Of a DNA stretch of 57,662 nt, positions 48,869-56,705 are shown one piece after another. Each line of letters opens with the position of its first letter. Within the stretch, counting starts at the first letter, position 1. The position numbers were made by a program, and so were the translations under genes. The stretch comes from Lachnospiraceae bacterium (GTDB lineage: Bacteria > Bacillota > Clostridia > Lachnospirales > Lachnospiraceae): contig JAZMZZ010000023.1 in NCBI GenBank assembly GCA_045586245.1, positions 1-57,662 on the forward strand, written 5' to 3'. The notes beneath the pieces are model-generated. The model saw only the letters and a program-made list of their open reading frames with translations. It was not told where the DNA came from and did not search any database.

Positions 48869-50158
48869 TTAAACACTTTCAATTGCCTGTGCCAAATCTT
48901 CAATAATATCATTTACATTTTCAATACCAACTGAGAAACGGATTAAGTCAGGCGCTACACCTGCTTCGATAAGCTGTTCGTCCGTCATCTGTCTGTGTGT
49001 ATGACTTGCCGGATGGAGCACACAGGTTCTTGCATCCGCAACATGTGTTACGATTGCTGCCAATTTTAATTTATCCATCATGGCAGAGGCAGCGGCTCTT
49101 CCTCCCTTTAAGCCAAAGGAAATTACACCACAACTTCCCTTAGGAAGATATTTCTGCTGCAAAGCATGGTATTTGTTGCTTTCAAGGTCAGGATAATTTA
49201 CCCATGCCACCTTATCATGTGCTTCAAGGAACTTAGCAACTGCTAATGCATTGGAACAATGGCGTTCCATACGAAGCGGTAATGTCTCAATTCCCATATT
49301 TAATAAATAAGCGTTCTGCGGTGCCTGAATGGAACCAAGGTCACGCATCATCTGTGCAGTCGCCTTTGTTATGTATGCACCCTTGCCGAATTTCTCAGCA
49401 TATACAATGCCATGGTATGATTCATCCGGTGTACAAAGTCCCGGGAATTTCTCAGCATGTGCCATCCAGTCAAAATTACCGGAATCCACGATTACGCCAC
49501 CAACTGTCATTCCATGTCCGTCCATATATTTGGTAGTGGAATGGATAACAATATCTGCTCCCCATTCAAACGGATTACAGTTAATCGGTGTTGCAAAAGT
49601 ATTATCAATAATAAGCGGCACATCATGGTCATGTGCAAGCTTTGCAAACTTCTCAATATCAAGAACTACCAAAGCAGGATTTGCAATGGTCTCTGCAAAT
49701 ACACATTTGGTATTCGGCTGTACTGCTTTACAAAGTGTTTCATAATCATCATCCGGATCAACAACGGTACACTCAATACCCATCTTCTTCATCGTACAGG
49801 TAATTAAGTTAAAGGTTCCTCCGTAAACGGTTGCTGACATAATTACATGGTCACCCGCTTCGCAGATATTAAAAATAGAATAATAAGTAGCCGCCTGTCC
49901 GGAGGATGTTAACATTGCTGCCACACCGCCTTCCAGCTCACAAATCTTGGCTGCCACATAATCATTGGTCGGATTCTGAAGTCTGGTATAGAAATATCCG
50001 GTATCTTCCAAATCGAACAATCTTCCCATGGCTTCTGAACTCTCGTATTTGAAAGTTGTACTCTGGATAATCGGAAGATTACGGGATTCTCCGTTCTTTG
50101 GTTTCCAGCCTGACTGGACACATATAGTCTCTTTTGCGTAATTATCTGCCATTCTCAT
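48869..50158 (-). CDS. metY: O-acetylhomoserine aminocarboxypropyltransferase (sulfhydrylase)
   Basis: 429 aa Cys/Met-metabolism PLP enzyme. PLP lysine in HSTTKYMDGHG. C-terminus LIRFSVGIE. The start may instead be the second ATG at 50152, which has better SD spacing. Confidence 0.88.
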   Translation of the reverse strand: MRMADNYAKETICVQSGWKPKNGESRNLPIIQSTTFKYESSEAMGRLFDLEDTGYFYTRLQNPTNDYVAAKICELEGGVAAMLTSSGQAATYYSIFNICEAGDHVIMSATVYGGTFNLITCTMKKMGIECTVVDPDDDYETLCKAVQPNTKCVFAETIANPALVVLDIEKFAKLAHDHDVPLIIDNTFATPINCNPFEWGADIVIHSTTKYMDGHGMTVGGVIVDSGNFDWMAHAEKFPGLCTPDESYHGIVYAEKFGKGAYITKATAQMMRDLGSIQAPQNAYLLNMGIETLPLRMERHCSNALAVAKFLEAHDKVAWVNYPDLESNKYHALQQKYLPKGSCGVISFGLKGGRAAASAMMDKLKLAAIVTHVADARTCVLHPASHTHRQMTDEQLIEAGVAPDLIRFSVGIENVNDIIEDLAQAIESV

Positions 50159-50173
50159 TTCCCCTTTATATAT

Positions 50174-50902
50174 TTACTCGTCCCAATTATGGTATACGGA
50201 CTGTACATCATCATCTTCGTCCAGCAAATCGAGCGTTCTGTTTAAGTTTTTGATTGCTGTTTCATCGGTAAGTTCCACATAATTCTGCGGAATCATCGTC
50301 ACTTCGCTGGAAGCAAGTGCAATTCCTGCTTCTCTCAATGCCGCATCCACATCCGCATGTGCTTCCGGAGCTGTAAGGATTTCATAACTGTCTTCTTCTT
50401 CGTTAAAATCATCCGCACCGGCATCGAGTGCTACCATCATCAGTTCGTCTGCGTCCATATCGCATTCTTCCTTGTCGATGATAATCTGTCCTTTTTCATC
50501 AAACATAAAGGATACACATCCCGGTGTTCCGATACTTCCCTGTCCCTTTGTAAAAGCACTTCTAACATTAGAAGCTGTACGGTTCTTGTTGTCGGTTAAG
50601 GCATTTACGATAATGGCAATACCGTTAGGGCCATAACCTTCGTATGTAATGTATTCGTAGTTAACGTTACCGACATCACCGGCAGCCTTCTTAATACCTC
50701 TGTCGATGGTATCGTTAGGCATATTATTGGCTTTTGCCTTGGCAATTACCTGTGCCAATTTATAGTTGTTAGCCGGATCTGGACCGCCTTCTTTTACTGC
50801 TACGGCAATTTCTCTACCCAAAATAGTAAAAATCTTACCCTTTGCAGCATCGTTTTTCTCTTTTTTGTGCTTAATATTTGCAAATTTTGAATGTCCTGAC
50901 AT
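50174..50902 (-). CDS. yebC: YebC/PmpR-family DNA-binding regulator
   Basis: 242 aa. MSGHSKFANIKHKK N-terminus and full-length family similarity. AAAGGAGAGG SD. Confidence 0.95.
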   Translation of the reverse strand: MSGHSKFANIKHKKEKNDAAKGKIFTILGREIAVAVKEGGPDPANNYKLAQVIAKAKANNMPNDTIDRGIKKAAGDVGNVNYEYITYEGYGPNGIAIIVNALTDNKNRTASNVRSAFTKGQGSIGTPGCVSFMFDEKGQIIIDKEECDMDADELMMVALDAGADDFNEEEDSYEILTAPEAHADVDAALREAGIALASSEVTMIPQNYVELTDETAIKNLNRTLDLLDEDDDVQSVYHNWDE

Positions 50903-50920
50903 GAGTCCTCTCCTTTTGTG

Positions 50921-51853
50921 TTACGGATTTACATCCGCTTTATTGATATCGGGCTGTTTTTTTGCTACAACAACCTTCTTTATCATCTTATTCTCTACTT
51001 CGATTACCTTAAAATTATATCCTTCCACATCAATGGAAAAACGGTCTTTCTCGGATGGAATCCTCTCCATCTTGGAAATCAGGTAACCGTTAATGGTTTC
51101 TACCGGAACTTCACCAAACGAAATTTCAAAACGTTCTTCCAATTCTTCAAGCGGTGTCATTCCGTCAATAATAAATTTATTATTCGCCTTCTGCTCAATA
51201 TGCCCTTCGTCTTCGTCATATTCATCCATAATGTTACCGACGATTTCTTCCAGAATATCTTCCAGCGCCACAAGACCCGATGTCTGTCCGTATTCATCAA
51301 TTACCATTACCATCTGTAATTTGGTAGCACGCATGGTCTTGAATAAATCATCCACATTTCTGGTCTCTGGAATAAAATGAGCCGTACGCAATAATCCTTC
51401 CACCTCACCAATCGGCATATCCAGAAGCGATTTGTTTCTGGCAATACGGAAAGCATCTTTTAAATATATAATACCAATAATGTGATCCAGATTCTCTTTG
51501 TATACCGGGAAACGGGAATTGCTCTCGTTTAGCATGAAATTCATTGCCTCACTCAATGTCATCTCCGCTTCGATTGCAGTGATATTACTTCTGTCGGTCA
51601 TAATATCCTGAGCCTGCTTATCACCAAATTCAAAAATATTGCTGATCATCTCCGCCTCACTGGCTTCGATATACCCCTGCTCATGACTCTCATTTACCAT
51701 GGAAAGAATATTTTCTTCCGCAGCTGCCTGCGCCTCTTTTCTGGCCTTTAATGCAGCACGAACCTTTCCGGAAATACGAAGTACAATATCAATTCCCACA
51801 AGAACTATCAATACAATCAGTAAAATACCCGAATTCGGTCCACCATCATCCAT
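50921..51853 (-). CDS. CorC/TlyC-type CBS-pair + CorC_HlyC domain protein with a single N-terminal TM anchor
   Basis: 310 aa. One TM segment (GILLIVLIVLVGIDIVL), then a CBS pair (IMTDRSNI...) and the CorC_HlyC transporter-associated domain (VIDEYGQTSGLVALEDILEEIVG). Confidence 0.8.
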   Translation of the reverse strand: MDDGGPNSGILLIVLIVLVGIDIVLRISGKVRAALKARKEAQAAAEENILSMVNESHEQGYIEASEAEMISNIFEFGDKQAQDIMTDRSNITAIEAEMTLSEAMNFMLNESNSRFPVYKENLDHIIGIIYLKDAFRIARNKSLLDMPIGEVEGLLRTAHFIPETRNVDDLFKTMRATKLQMVMVIDEYGQTSGLVALEDILEEIVGNIMDEYDEDEGHIEQKANNKFIIDGMTPLEELEERFEISFGEVPVETINGYLISKMERIPSEKDRFSIDVEGYNFKVIEVENKMIKKVVVAKKQPDINKADVNP

Positions 51854-51895
51854 AAACTAAAAAACTCCTTTATATATTTGTTTATAATCCTAACA

Positions 51896-51924
51896 AATAT
51901 ACCATTTTGCATACAAAACGTCAA
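51896..51924 (-). promoter_or_regulatory. putative sigma-A promoter for the corC-like/yebC/metY unit
   Basis: On the minus strand: TTGACG, 17-nt spacer, TATATT, with an upstream TGg extended -10. It lies about 40 nt upstream of the ATG at 51853 and 12 nt after the mazF stop. Confidence 0.5.
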
Positions 51925-51936
51925 GGAATGTTCCTC

Positions 51937-52272
51937 TTATAATGCCAGACTGATACGAAGAGCCCTGTCCACTTTAGCCATCATTTCCTCATCCAGATGA
52001 CAGACATGACTTTTTAAACGCTGCTTGTCAATTGTGCGGATCTGCTCAAGCAGAATAACCGAATCCTTTATCAGTTCACAACTGCGGCTGTTAAGCATAA
52101 TGTGCGTCGGAAGCTGTGTCTTATGTAATTTGGATGTAATGGCTGCGACAATGACCGTTGGTGAATGGGTATTTCCGACATCATTCTGAATAATTAAAAC
52201 CGGTCGTATTCCTCCCTGTTCGGAGCCAACCACCGGCCTTAAATCTGCGTAATATATATCTCCTCGTTTCAC
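51937..52272 (-). CDS. mazF: MazF/EndoA-family endoribonuclease toxin
   Basis: 111 aa. [46 protein letters not shown]...[14 protein letters not shown] is near-identical in pattern to B. subtilis EndoA. GTG start with GAAAGG 9 nt upstream. Lies downstream of alr. Confidence 0.92.
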   Translation of the reverse strand: MKRGDIYYADLRPVVGSEQGGIRPVLIIQNDVGNTHSPTVIVAAITSKLHKTQLPTHIMLNSRSCELIKDSVILLEQIRTIDKQRLKSHVCHLDEEMMAKVDRALRISLAL

Positions 52273-52383
52273 AAAAACATACCTTTCTACACACCGCCAT
52301 ATGGATTATAATCCGGGCGGAACCATTTAAAACCTAATGTGTAAAAAAAGTATTTCCACATCAAACGAAGATATTCACTGACT

Positions 52384-53607
52384 TTATATTTTTTTGATTT
52401 TTACATCGTCATAATAATCCTTGGCGCAAAACGCCTTGCCATGTCTGAAAAAGACACGCGGAGTACGCTTTCCGATTTCACAGGCAAATTCATAATTGAA
52501 TCGTCCGCTGATGTCTCCGAGTTCTTCCATCGTAATACTCTCATCCCCATCTCTTCCGATAAGCGTAACTTCATCGCCTTCGCAACATTCCGGTATATCC
52601 GAAACATCCACCATGAACTGGTCCATGCAGACCCTGCCGATAATCGGGGCACGTTTTCCCTTGATAATAACTGTTCCGGTATTGGACAAATTGCGTGGGT
52701 AACCATCCGCATATCCAACCGGTATAGTCGCAATGCGGGTTGTTTTATCCGTAATATAGGTTCCGTTGTAACTGACAGGAATACCGGCTTTTACATCCTT
52801 AATATAAACAATATGACTCTTCAGACTAAGTACCGGTTCTAAATCAAGCACCGTTTTATTCACATCCTCAGAAGGCCACATACCATACAAAATAATACCT
52901 GCACGCACCAAATCCAGATTCGCATCCGGCATATCAATAATACCTGCGGAATTTGAGCAATGTACCAGTTTGAATGTAAAGTCATTCTCTTTCTCACATT
53001 CTGCAACAAAAGCAAGGAATTTCTGCAACTGTCCGTTGGCAAATTCTTTATCTGCCTCATCTGCTTTTGAAAAATGGGTAAAAATGCCTTCTACCACCAA
53101 ATTCTTACAGGCAAGTGCTTCCTTTACAAAAGCAGCCCCTTCCTTATCCGGACGGATTCCGATACGTGTCATTCCGGTATCCACCTTAATATGTACCGGT
53201 GCTTTTACATTCATTTTTCCCGCAATTTCATCCAGTTGGTGTAATACATCACTTCTGAAAACAGTTGGTGTAATTTCCTGGTTAATCAGCGTCTCATAAC
53301 TATACGGGAATGTATAGCCCAGCACCAGAATCGGTTTGCGGATATTGGCATTTCTAAGCTGCATGGCTTCTTCCACGCTCGCAACCCCATAGCCGTACAC
53401 ATAGGAAAGTTCTTCCATCTCCCATGCAATCGGAACGGCTCCGTGTCCGTATGCATCCGCCTTAATAACTGCCATAATCTTAGAATCCGCACTGATATGG
53501 GAATGCATGGCTTTCAGATTATGCAAAATTGCATCCAGATTAATATGCGCGCATACTCTTGAATATTGTTCCAATCTATTAATCAATTTACTACCCAAAC
53601 CTTTCAA
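52384..53607 (-). CDS. alr: alanine racemase
   Basis: PLP-lysine motif AVIKADAYGHG and the VSYNGTY and GRVCMDQ motifs. The ORF-track start is a TTG at 53607 with no SD, so the true start may be a few codons downstream. Confidence 0.92.
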   Translation of the reverse strand: MKGLGSKLINRLEQYSRVCAHINLDAILHNLKAMHSHISADSKIMAVIKADAYGHGAVPIAWEMEELSYVYGYGVASVEEAMQLRNANIRKPILVLGYTFPYSYETLINQEITPTVFRSDVLHQLDEIAGKMNVKAPVHIKVDTGMTRIGIRPDKEGAAFVKEALACKNLVVEGIFTHFSKADEADKEFANGQLQKFLAFVAECEKENDFTFKLVHCSNSAGIIDMPDANLDLVRAGIILYGMWPSEDVNKTVLDLEPVLSLKSHIVYIKDVKAGIPVSYNGTYITDKTTRIATIPVGYADGYPRNLSNTGTVIIKGKRAPIIGRVCMDQFMVDVSDIPECCEGDEVTLIGRDGDESITMEELGDISGRFNYEFACEIGKRTPRVFFRHGKAFCAKDYYDDVKIKKI

Positions 53608-53610
53608 TTA

Positions 53611-55161
53611 TTACTTCAATATATATTTATACGCTTCTATGATATCACTTGCAACCATATACGCTTTTCCGCTACGCAAAGCCTGATAATCTCCGGCAAG
53701 ACCATGGACATATACCGCCATACAAACCGCTTCAAACAAAGGAATGCCGGCACGCACACCCTGTGCCATAAATGCCCCGATAAGACCTGCAAGCACGTCT
53801 CCGCTTCCTGCCGTTGACATCCCGTCATTACCGCTTGTATTAAGATAAATGCTCTCATTTTCTGCCATACAAAGAGTATCCGCATCTTTGGCAACCAAAA
53901 TAACGCCGTACTCCATACAGGCATTCTTAGCAGTCAAAAGACGGTTCTTTTTGATTGTGGCAATGTCGCAATGCATAAGCGTTGCCAATTCACCCGGATG
54001 CGGTGTAAATACAACCGGTGCCGTATTGTCATTCTTTTTTCTACTAATAATCTTTTCCTTTAAATCCTCATGTTTTGCAAAAAGATTCAAAGCATCCGCA
54101 TCGGCAACAATAGGTTTTGAAAAACCAGAAAGTGTATGGGAAAGCAGTTTATACGCTGTTTCATCCGTTGATAAACCGCAACCGATAACACAAACATCCG
54201 CCCACGCAAGCCATTTATCCAATTTGGCATATTTCTCTTTTTCAGTATCCGTAAGTGCATATGTTTCAACCATTACTTCCGGATAAGATGCAAGGAAAGC
54301 CTCTTTATTCCCTTCCTGTGTAAATACGGCAACCATACCCGCACCGCCGCGAAGAGCCGATGCCGCACATAAAAGAGCCGCTCCCGTTGTCGATTCACGT
54401 CCTGCAATAACAAGCACTTTACCAAAGGTGCCTTTATTACCGGAAGCATCACGGGAAAGCCCGCATTTTTCATCCACACTTCCACTATAAGTAAACATGG
54501 CCGGTTGCAGCCCATAAAAAGAAGTTTCGTCAATACCTATTAAAGCCTTCGTTATTTTACCGCAATATTCCCTTCCCGGATAAAAAAACTGTCCGCATTT
54601 ATAAAAGCCAAATGTAACCGTCTCATCCGCCTTTATGGCAACGCCGCACACTTCTCCCCCGGAGGCATTGATTCCGGACGGAATATCAACACTGACAACA
54701 TAACGGTTACTATCATTGATTCTGCAAATCATCTCTTTTGCCGTGCCTTCTACATCCCGGTTTAAACCGTTTCCGAATATGGCATCCACTACAACCGCAT
54801 ACTTTGCAAAATCAACTTCCTCTTCCTTCAAAAACGGTATCCCATAAGTATCCGCAACCTGCTTTTGCAACAATAATTCTTTTGTATACTCACACTTACT
54901 CTTAAGCAGACAAATCTCCGTACCGTATCCGTATTCTGCTAAAATTCTCGCCGCACAAATTCCGTCCGCCCCATTGTTCCCATTGCCGGCAACCACAAGA
55001 ATTCTGCCTGATAAAGGGCTCTTAAGATATTGCATAACACAGTCCGCTACGGCCATGGAAGCCCGTTCCATCAAAACAAGTGACGGAATTCCTGTTTTAT
55101 ATATGGTATTGTCATCATACTGCTTCATCTCTTTGGCAGATACAAGATACTCTTTCTTCAT
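53611..55161 (-). CDS. nnr: bifunctional NAD(P)H-hydrate epimerase / ADP-dependent dehydratase
   Basis: 516 aa. YjeF_N domain (GNGNNGADG) fused to a ribokinase-like YjeF_C domain (GSGDVLAG). The ATG lies 2 nt after the upstream stop. Confidence 0.92.
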   Translation of the reverse strand: MKKEYLVSAKEMKQYDDNTIYKTGIPSLVLMERASMAVADCVMQYLKSPLSGRILVVAGNGNNGADGICAARILAEYGYGTEICLLKSKCEYTKELLLQKQVADTYGIPFLKEEEVDFAKYAVVVDAIFGNGLNRDVEGTAKEMICRINDSNRYVVSVDIPSGINASGGEVCGVAIKADETVTFGFYKCGQFFYPGREYCGKITKALIGIDETSFYGLQPAMFTYSGSVDEKCGLSRDASGNKGTFGKVLVIAGRESTTGAALLCAASALRGGAGMVAVFTQEGNKEAFLASYPEVMVETYALTDTEKEKYAKLDKWLAWADVCVIGCGLSTDETAYKLLSHTLSGFSKPIVADADALNLFAKHEDLKEKIISRKKNDNTAPVVFTPHPGELATLMHCDIATIKKNRLLTAKNACMEYGVILVAKDADTLCMAENESIYLNTSGNDGMSTAGSGDVLAGLIGAFMAQGVRAGIPLFEAVCMAVYVHGLAGDYQALRSGKAYMVASDIIEAYKYILK

Positions 55162-55163
55162 GC

Positions 55164-55820
55164 CTACGCTTCGCTTTCTTTACCGGATTCATCCGTCTGC
55201 AATTCCTTTTGCTTTACTACCCTATGTTCCTTTGGATTAAACTTCATATCAAAAATATCAATTACATCCGCGCCGAAAATATCATGCATATAGGAATAAA
55301 TCTCCTGATTGGCAATCTCCATTTCCTGTTTTCGTACAACATTCTTCTTTAATTCCACACGGACATCCGCAATCCACTTCCCGATGGAATTAATATGATG
55401 TTCATTCAGGCGCATATTTTCATAACAGACCTTCATCGTCTCAATCATCAATTCCGCATTCGCCGTCTCAATACGGTGCGGAAAATCAAGTGCCTCATTC
55501 TGATACGCCTTAATCTTTTCATTACAATCGTTAATAAGACGCTTGTTTTCTTCGATTTTGGAATTGGTCTCAGAGTCCTGCTTATCCATGAGTTCTACAA
55601 TTTCGTCCATTAACTTCTTTTTAATCTTACGGACGCTTTTCATCTCGGAATTGCATTTGCCCTGTGCACGCAATAACTCATTCAATTCCTGTTCTTTATC
55701 TGAAATTGCCCTGGTTTTCTCCACGCGGGCAAATAACTGATGCCATTTATGGTCAATTGTCACAATCGGTAATTTTTTACCGCTTATCGCAGGACGATAT
55801 TTCTCTTCTACCCTTGACAT
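55164..55820 (-). CDS. coiled-coil protein of unknown function
   Basis: 218 aa, strongly Lys/Glu-rich with heptad-like helices. AAAGGAGAAG SD. Wedged between rex and nnr with 47-nt and 2-nt gaps. Confidence 0.6.
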   Translation of the reverse strand: MSRVEEKYRPAISGKKLPIVTIDHKWHQLFARVEKTRAISDKEQELNELLRAQGKCNSEMKSVRKIKKKLMDEIVELMDKQDSETNSKIEENKRLINDCNEKIKAYQNEALDFPHRIETANAELMIETMKVCYENMRLNEHHINSIGKWIADVRVELKKNVVRKQEMEIANQEIYSYMHDIFGADVIDIFDMKFNPKEHRVVKQKELQTDESGKESEA

Positions 55821-55867
55821 AGTCTTCTCCTTTGCTTAGCACAAATTAACAGATCTGCGTGTAATAT

Positions 55868-56518
55868 TTATATGGAAATCCGATAGGATAATTTCATTAA
55901 ACTATCGGAAAGATGAACATTTTCAACCAAAACATTCTCCGGCACTTCCAAATCCACATGCGCAAAATTCCAAATACCCCGAATACCGCATTCCACAAGC
56001 TGTGCCGCCACCTTAACGGCTCCCGCCTTCGGGATGGTCAAAACAGCGATATCCACATCATTTTCTTTGATAAAACCGGGCATGGCTTCCATTGGCTGGA
56101 TAGGGATATTACGGACAGTCTTTCCAAACAACTTGGGATTGATATCAAAAATTCCCGTAATAATGAAGCCACGTTTTTCAAAGTTCATATAATTGGCAAG
56201 TGCCTGTCCAAGATTGCCGGCACCGATTAATATCAGATTATGCGACTTATTAAGGCCTAAAATATTGCCGATTTCCACATAGAGCGACTCAACATTATAT
56301 CCATATCCCTGCTGTCCGAAGCCGCCAAAATGATTCAAATCCTGGCGGATCTGTGAAGCCGTTACCCGCATAATGCGGCTCAACTCCTGACTGGAAATTC
56401 TCTCCACACCGGCATCCTTAAGTTCACCAAGATACCGGAAATAGCGAGGAAGTCTTGTGATAACTGCCTGTGATATGCCCTTTGTCTGCAGCAATTCCTT
56501 TTCCCTGTTGTTTTCCAT
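55868..56518 (-). CDS. rex: redox-sensing transcriptional repressor Rex
   Basis: About 216 aa. Winged helix (AVITRLPRYFRYL) and Rossmann motif GAGNLGQAL. The ATG at 56518 has AAAGGAG 7 nt upstream. The 53-codon ORF-track extension runs through the promoter. Confidence 0.92.
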   Translation of the reverse strand: MENNREKELLQTKGISQAVITRLPRYFRYLGELKDAGVERISSQELSRIMRVTASQIRQDLNHFGGFGQQGYGYNVESLYVEIGNILGLNKSHNLILIGAGNLGQALANYMNFEKRGFIITGIFDINPKLFGKTVRNIPIQPMEAMPGFIKENDVDIAVLTIPKAGAVKVAAQLVECGIRGIWNFAHVDLEVPENVLVENVHLSDSLMKLSYRISI

Positions 56519-56546
56519 AGCCATACTCCTTTTACATGCTACATTT

Positions 56547-56574
56547 ATTATACCATTCGTTAAATTCTTGTCAA
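56547..56574 (-). promoter_or_regulatory. sigma-A promoter of rex
   Basis: On the minus strand: TTGACA (56574-56569), 16-nt spacer, TGgTATAAT (-10 at 56552-56547). It lies about 25 nt upstream of the SD. Confidence 0.6.
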
Positions 56575-56613
56575 TCAATACACCAAAGAAAACTTCGTGA
56601 AAGGTGCTTATAA

Positions 56614-56642
56614 TTGACATTGCTAAAACAACCCTGTAAGAT
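56614..56642 (+). promoter_or_regulatory. sigma-A promoter of the ABC-F gene
   Basis: TTGACA (56614-56619), 17-nt spacer, TAAGAT (56637-56642). It lies about 60 nt upstream of the ATG at 56706. Confidence 0.5.
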
Positions 56643-56705
56643 AAAAAATAGCGTGTATTAAAGTAGCCGTCAGGCAATTATTTTTTATAGATTGGAAGAC
56701 ACAGT

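Noticed and set aside
50159-50173. Expected SAM-I (S-box) riboswitch or T-box leader in front of metY
   Set aside because: Only 15 nt separate yebC from metY and 18 nt separate the corC-like gene from yebC. The 83-nt region upstream of the corC-like gene is also too short and shows no S-box-like conserved helices.
52290-52364. 24-codon ORF ([24 protein letters not shown]) in the alr-mazF spacer as a candidate mini-antitoxin
   Set aside because: It has no Shine-Dalgarno. Its aromatic/hydrophobic composition is unlike RHH or AbrB MazE proteins, and it could easily arise by chance. It is mentioned within the MazF finding but not called as a gene.
52401-52733. 110-aa same-strand alternative-frame ORF overlapping the alr 3' end, as a possible hidden antitoxin
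   Set aside because: It lies wholly inside the alr coding frame. It is Arg/Met/Ser-rich with no DNA-binding-fold pattern and no SD. Similar alternative-frame ORFs occur throughout the slightly GC-richer alr/nnr genes.
53849-54286. 145-aa plus-strand ORF, together with similar 130-140-aa plus-strand ORFs at 27906-28328, 49329-49745, 50918-51319 and 52441-52842
   Set aside because: All lie antisense within confidently identified genes (nnr, proB, metY, the corC-like gene, alr). They are Ser/Ile/Phe-rich and low in complexity, and they lack SD sequences and recognisable motifs.
56519-56677. N-terminal extensions of ORF-track models (rex to 56677; also the flavoprotein to 30435, nfnA to 40655, the 5-FTHF cyclo-ligase to 27660 and ftsK to 46540)
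   Set aside because: The extensions run through promoter or SD sequences or overlap the upstream gene. They are not protein-like, and internal ATG/GTG codons with well-spaced SDs reproduce the conserved N-termini.
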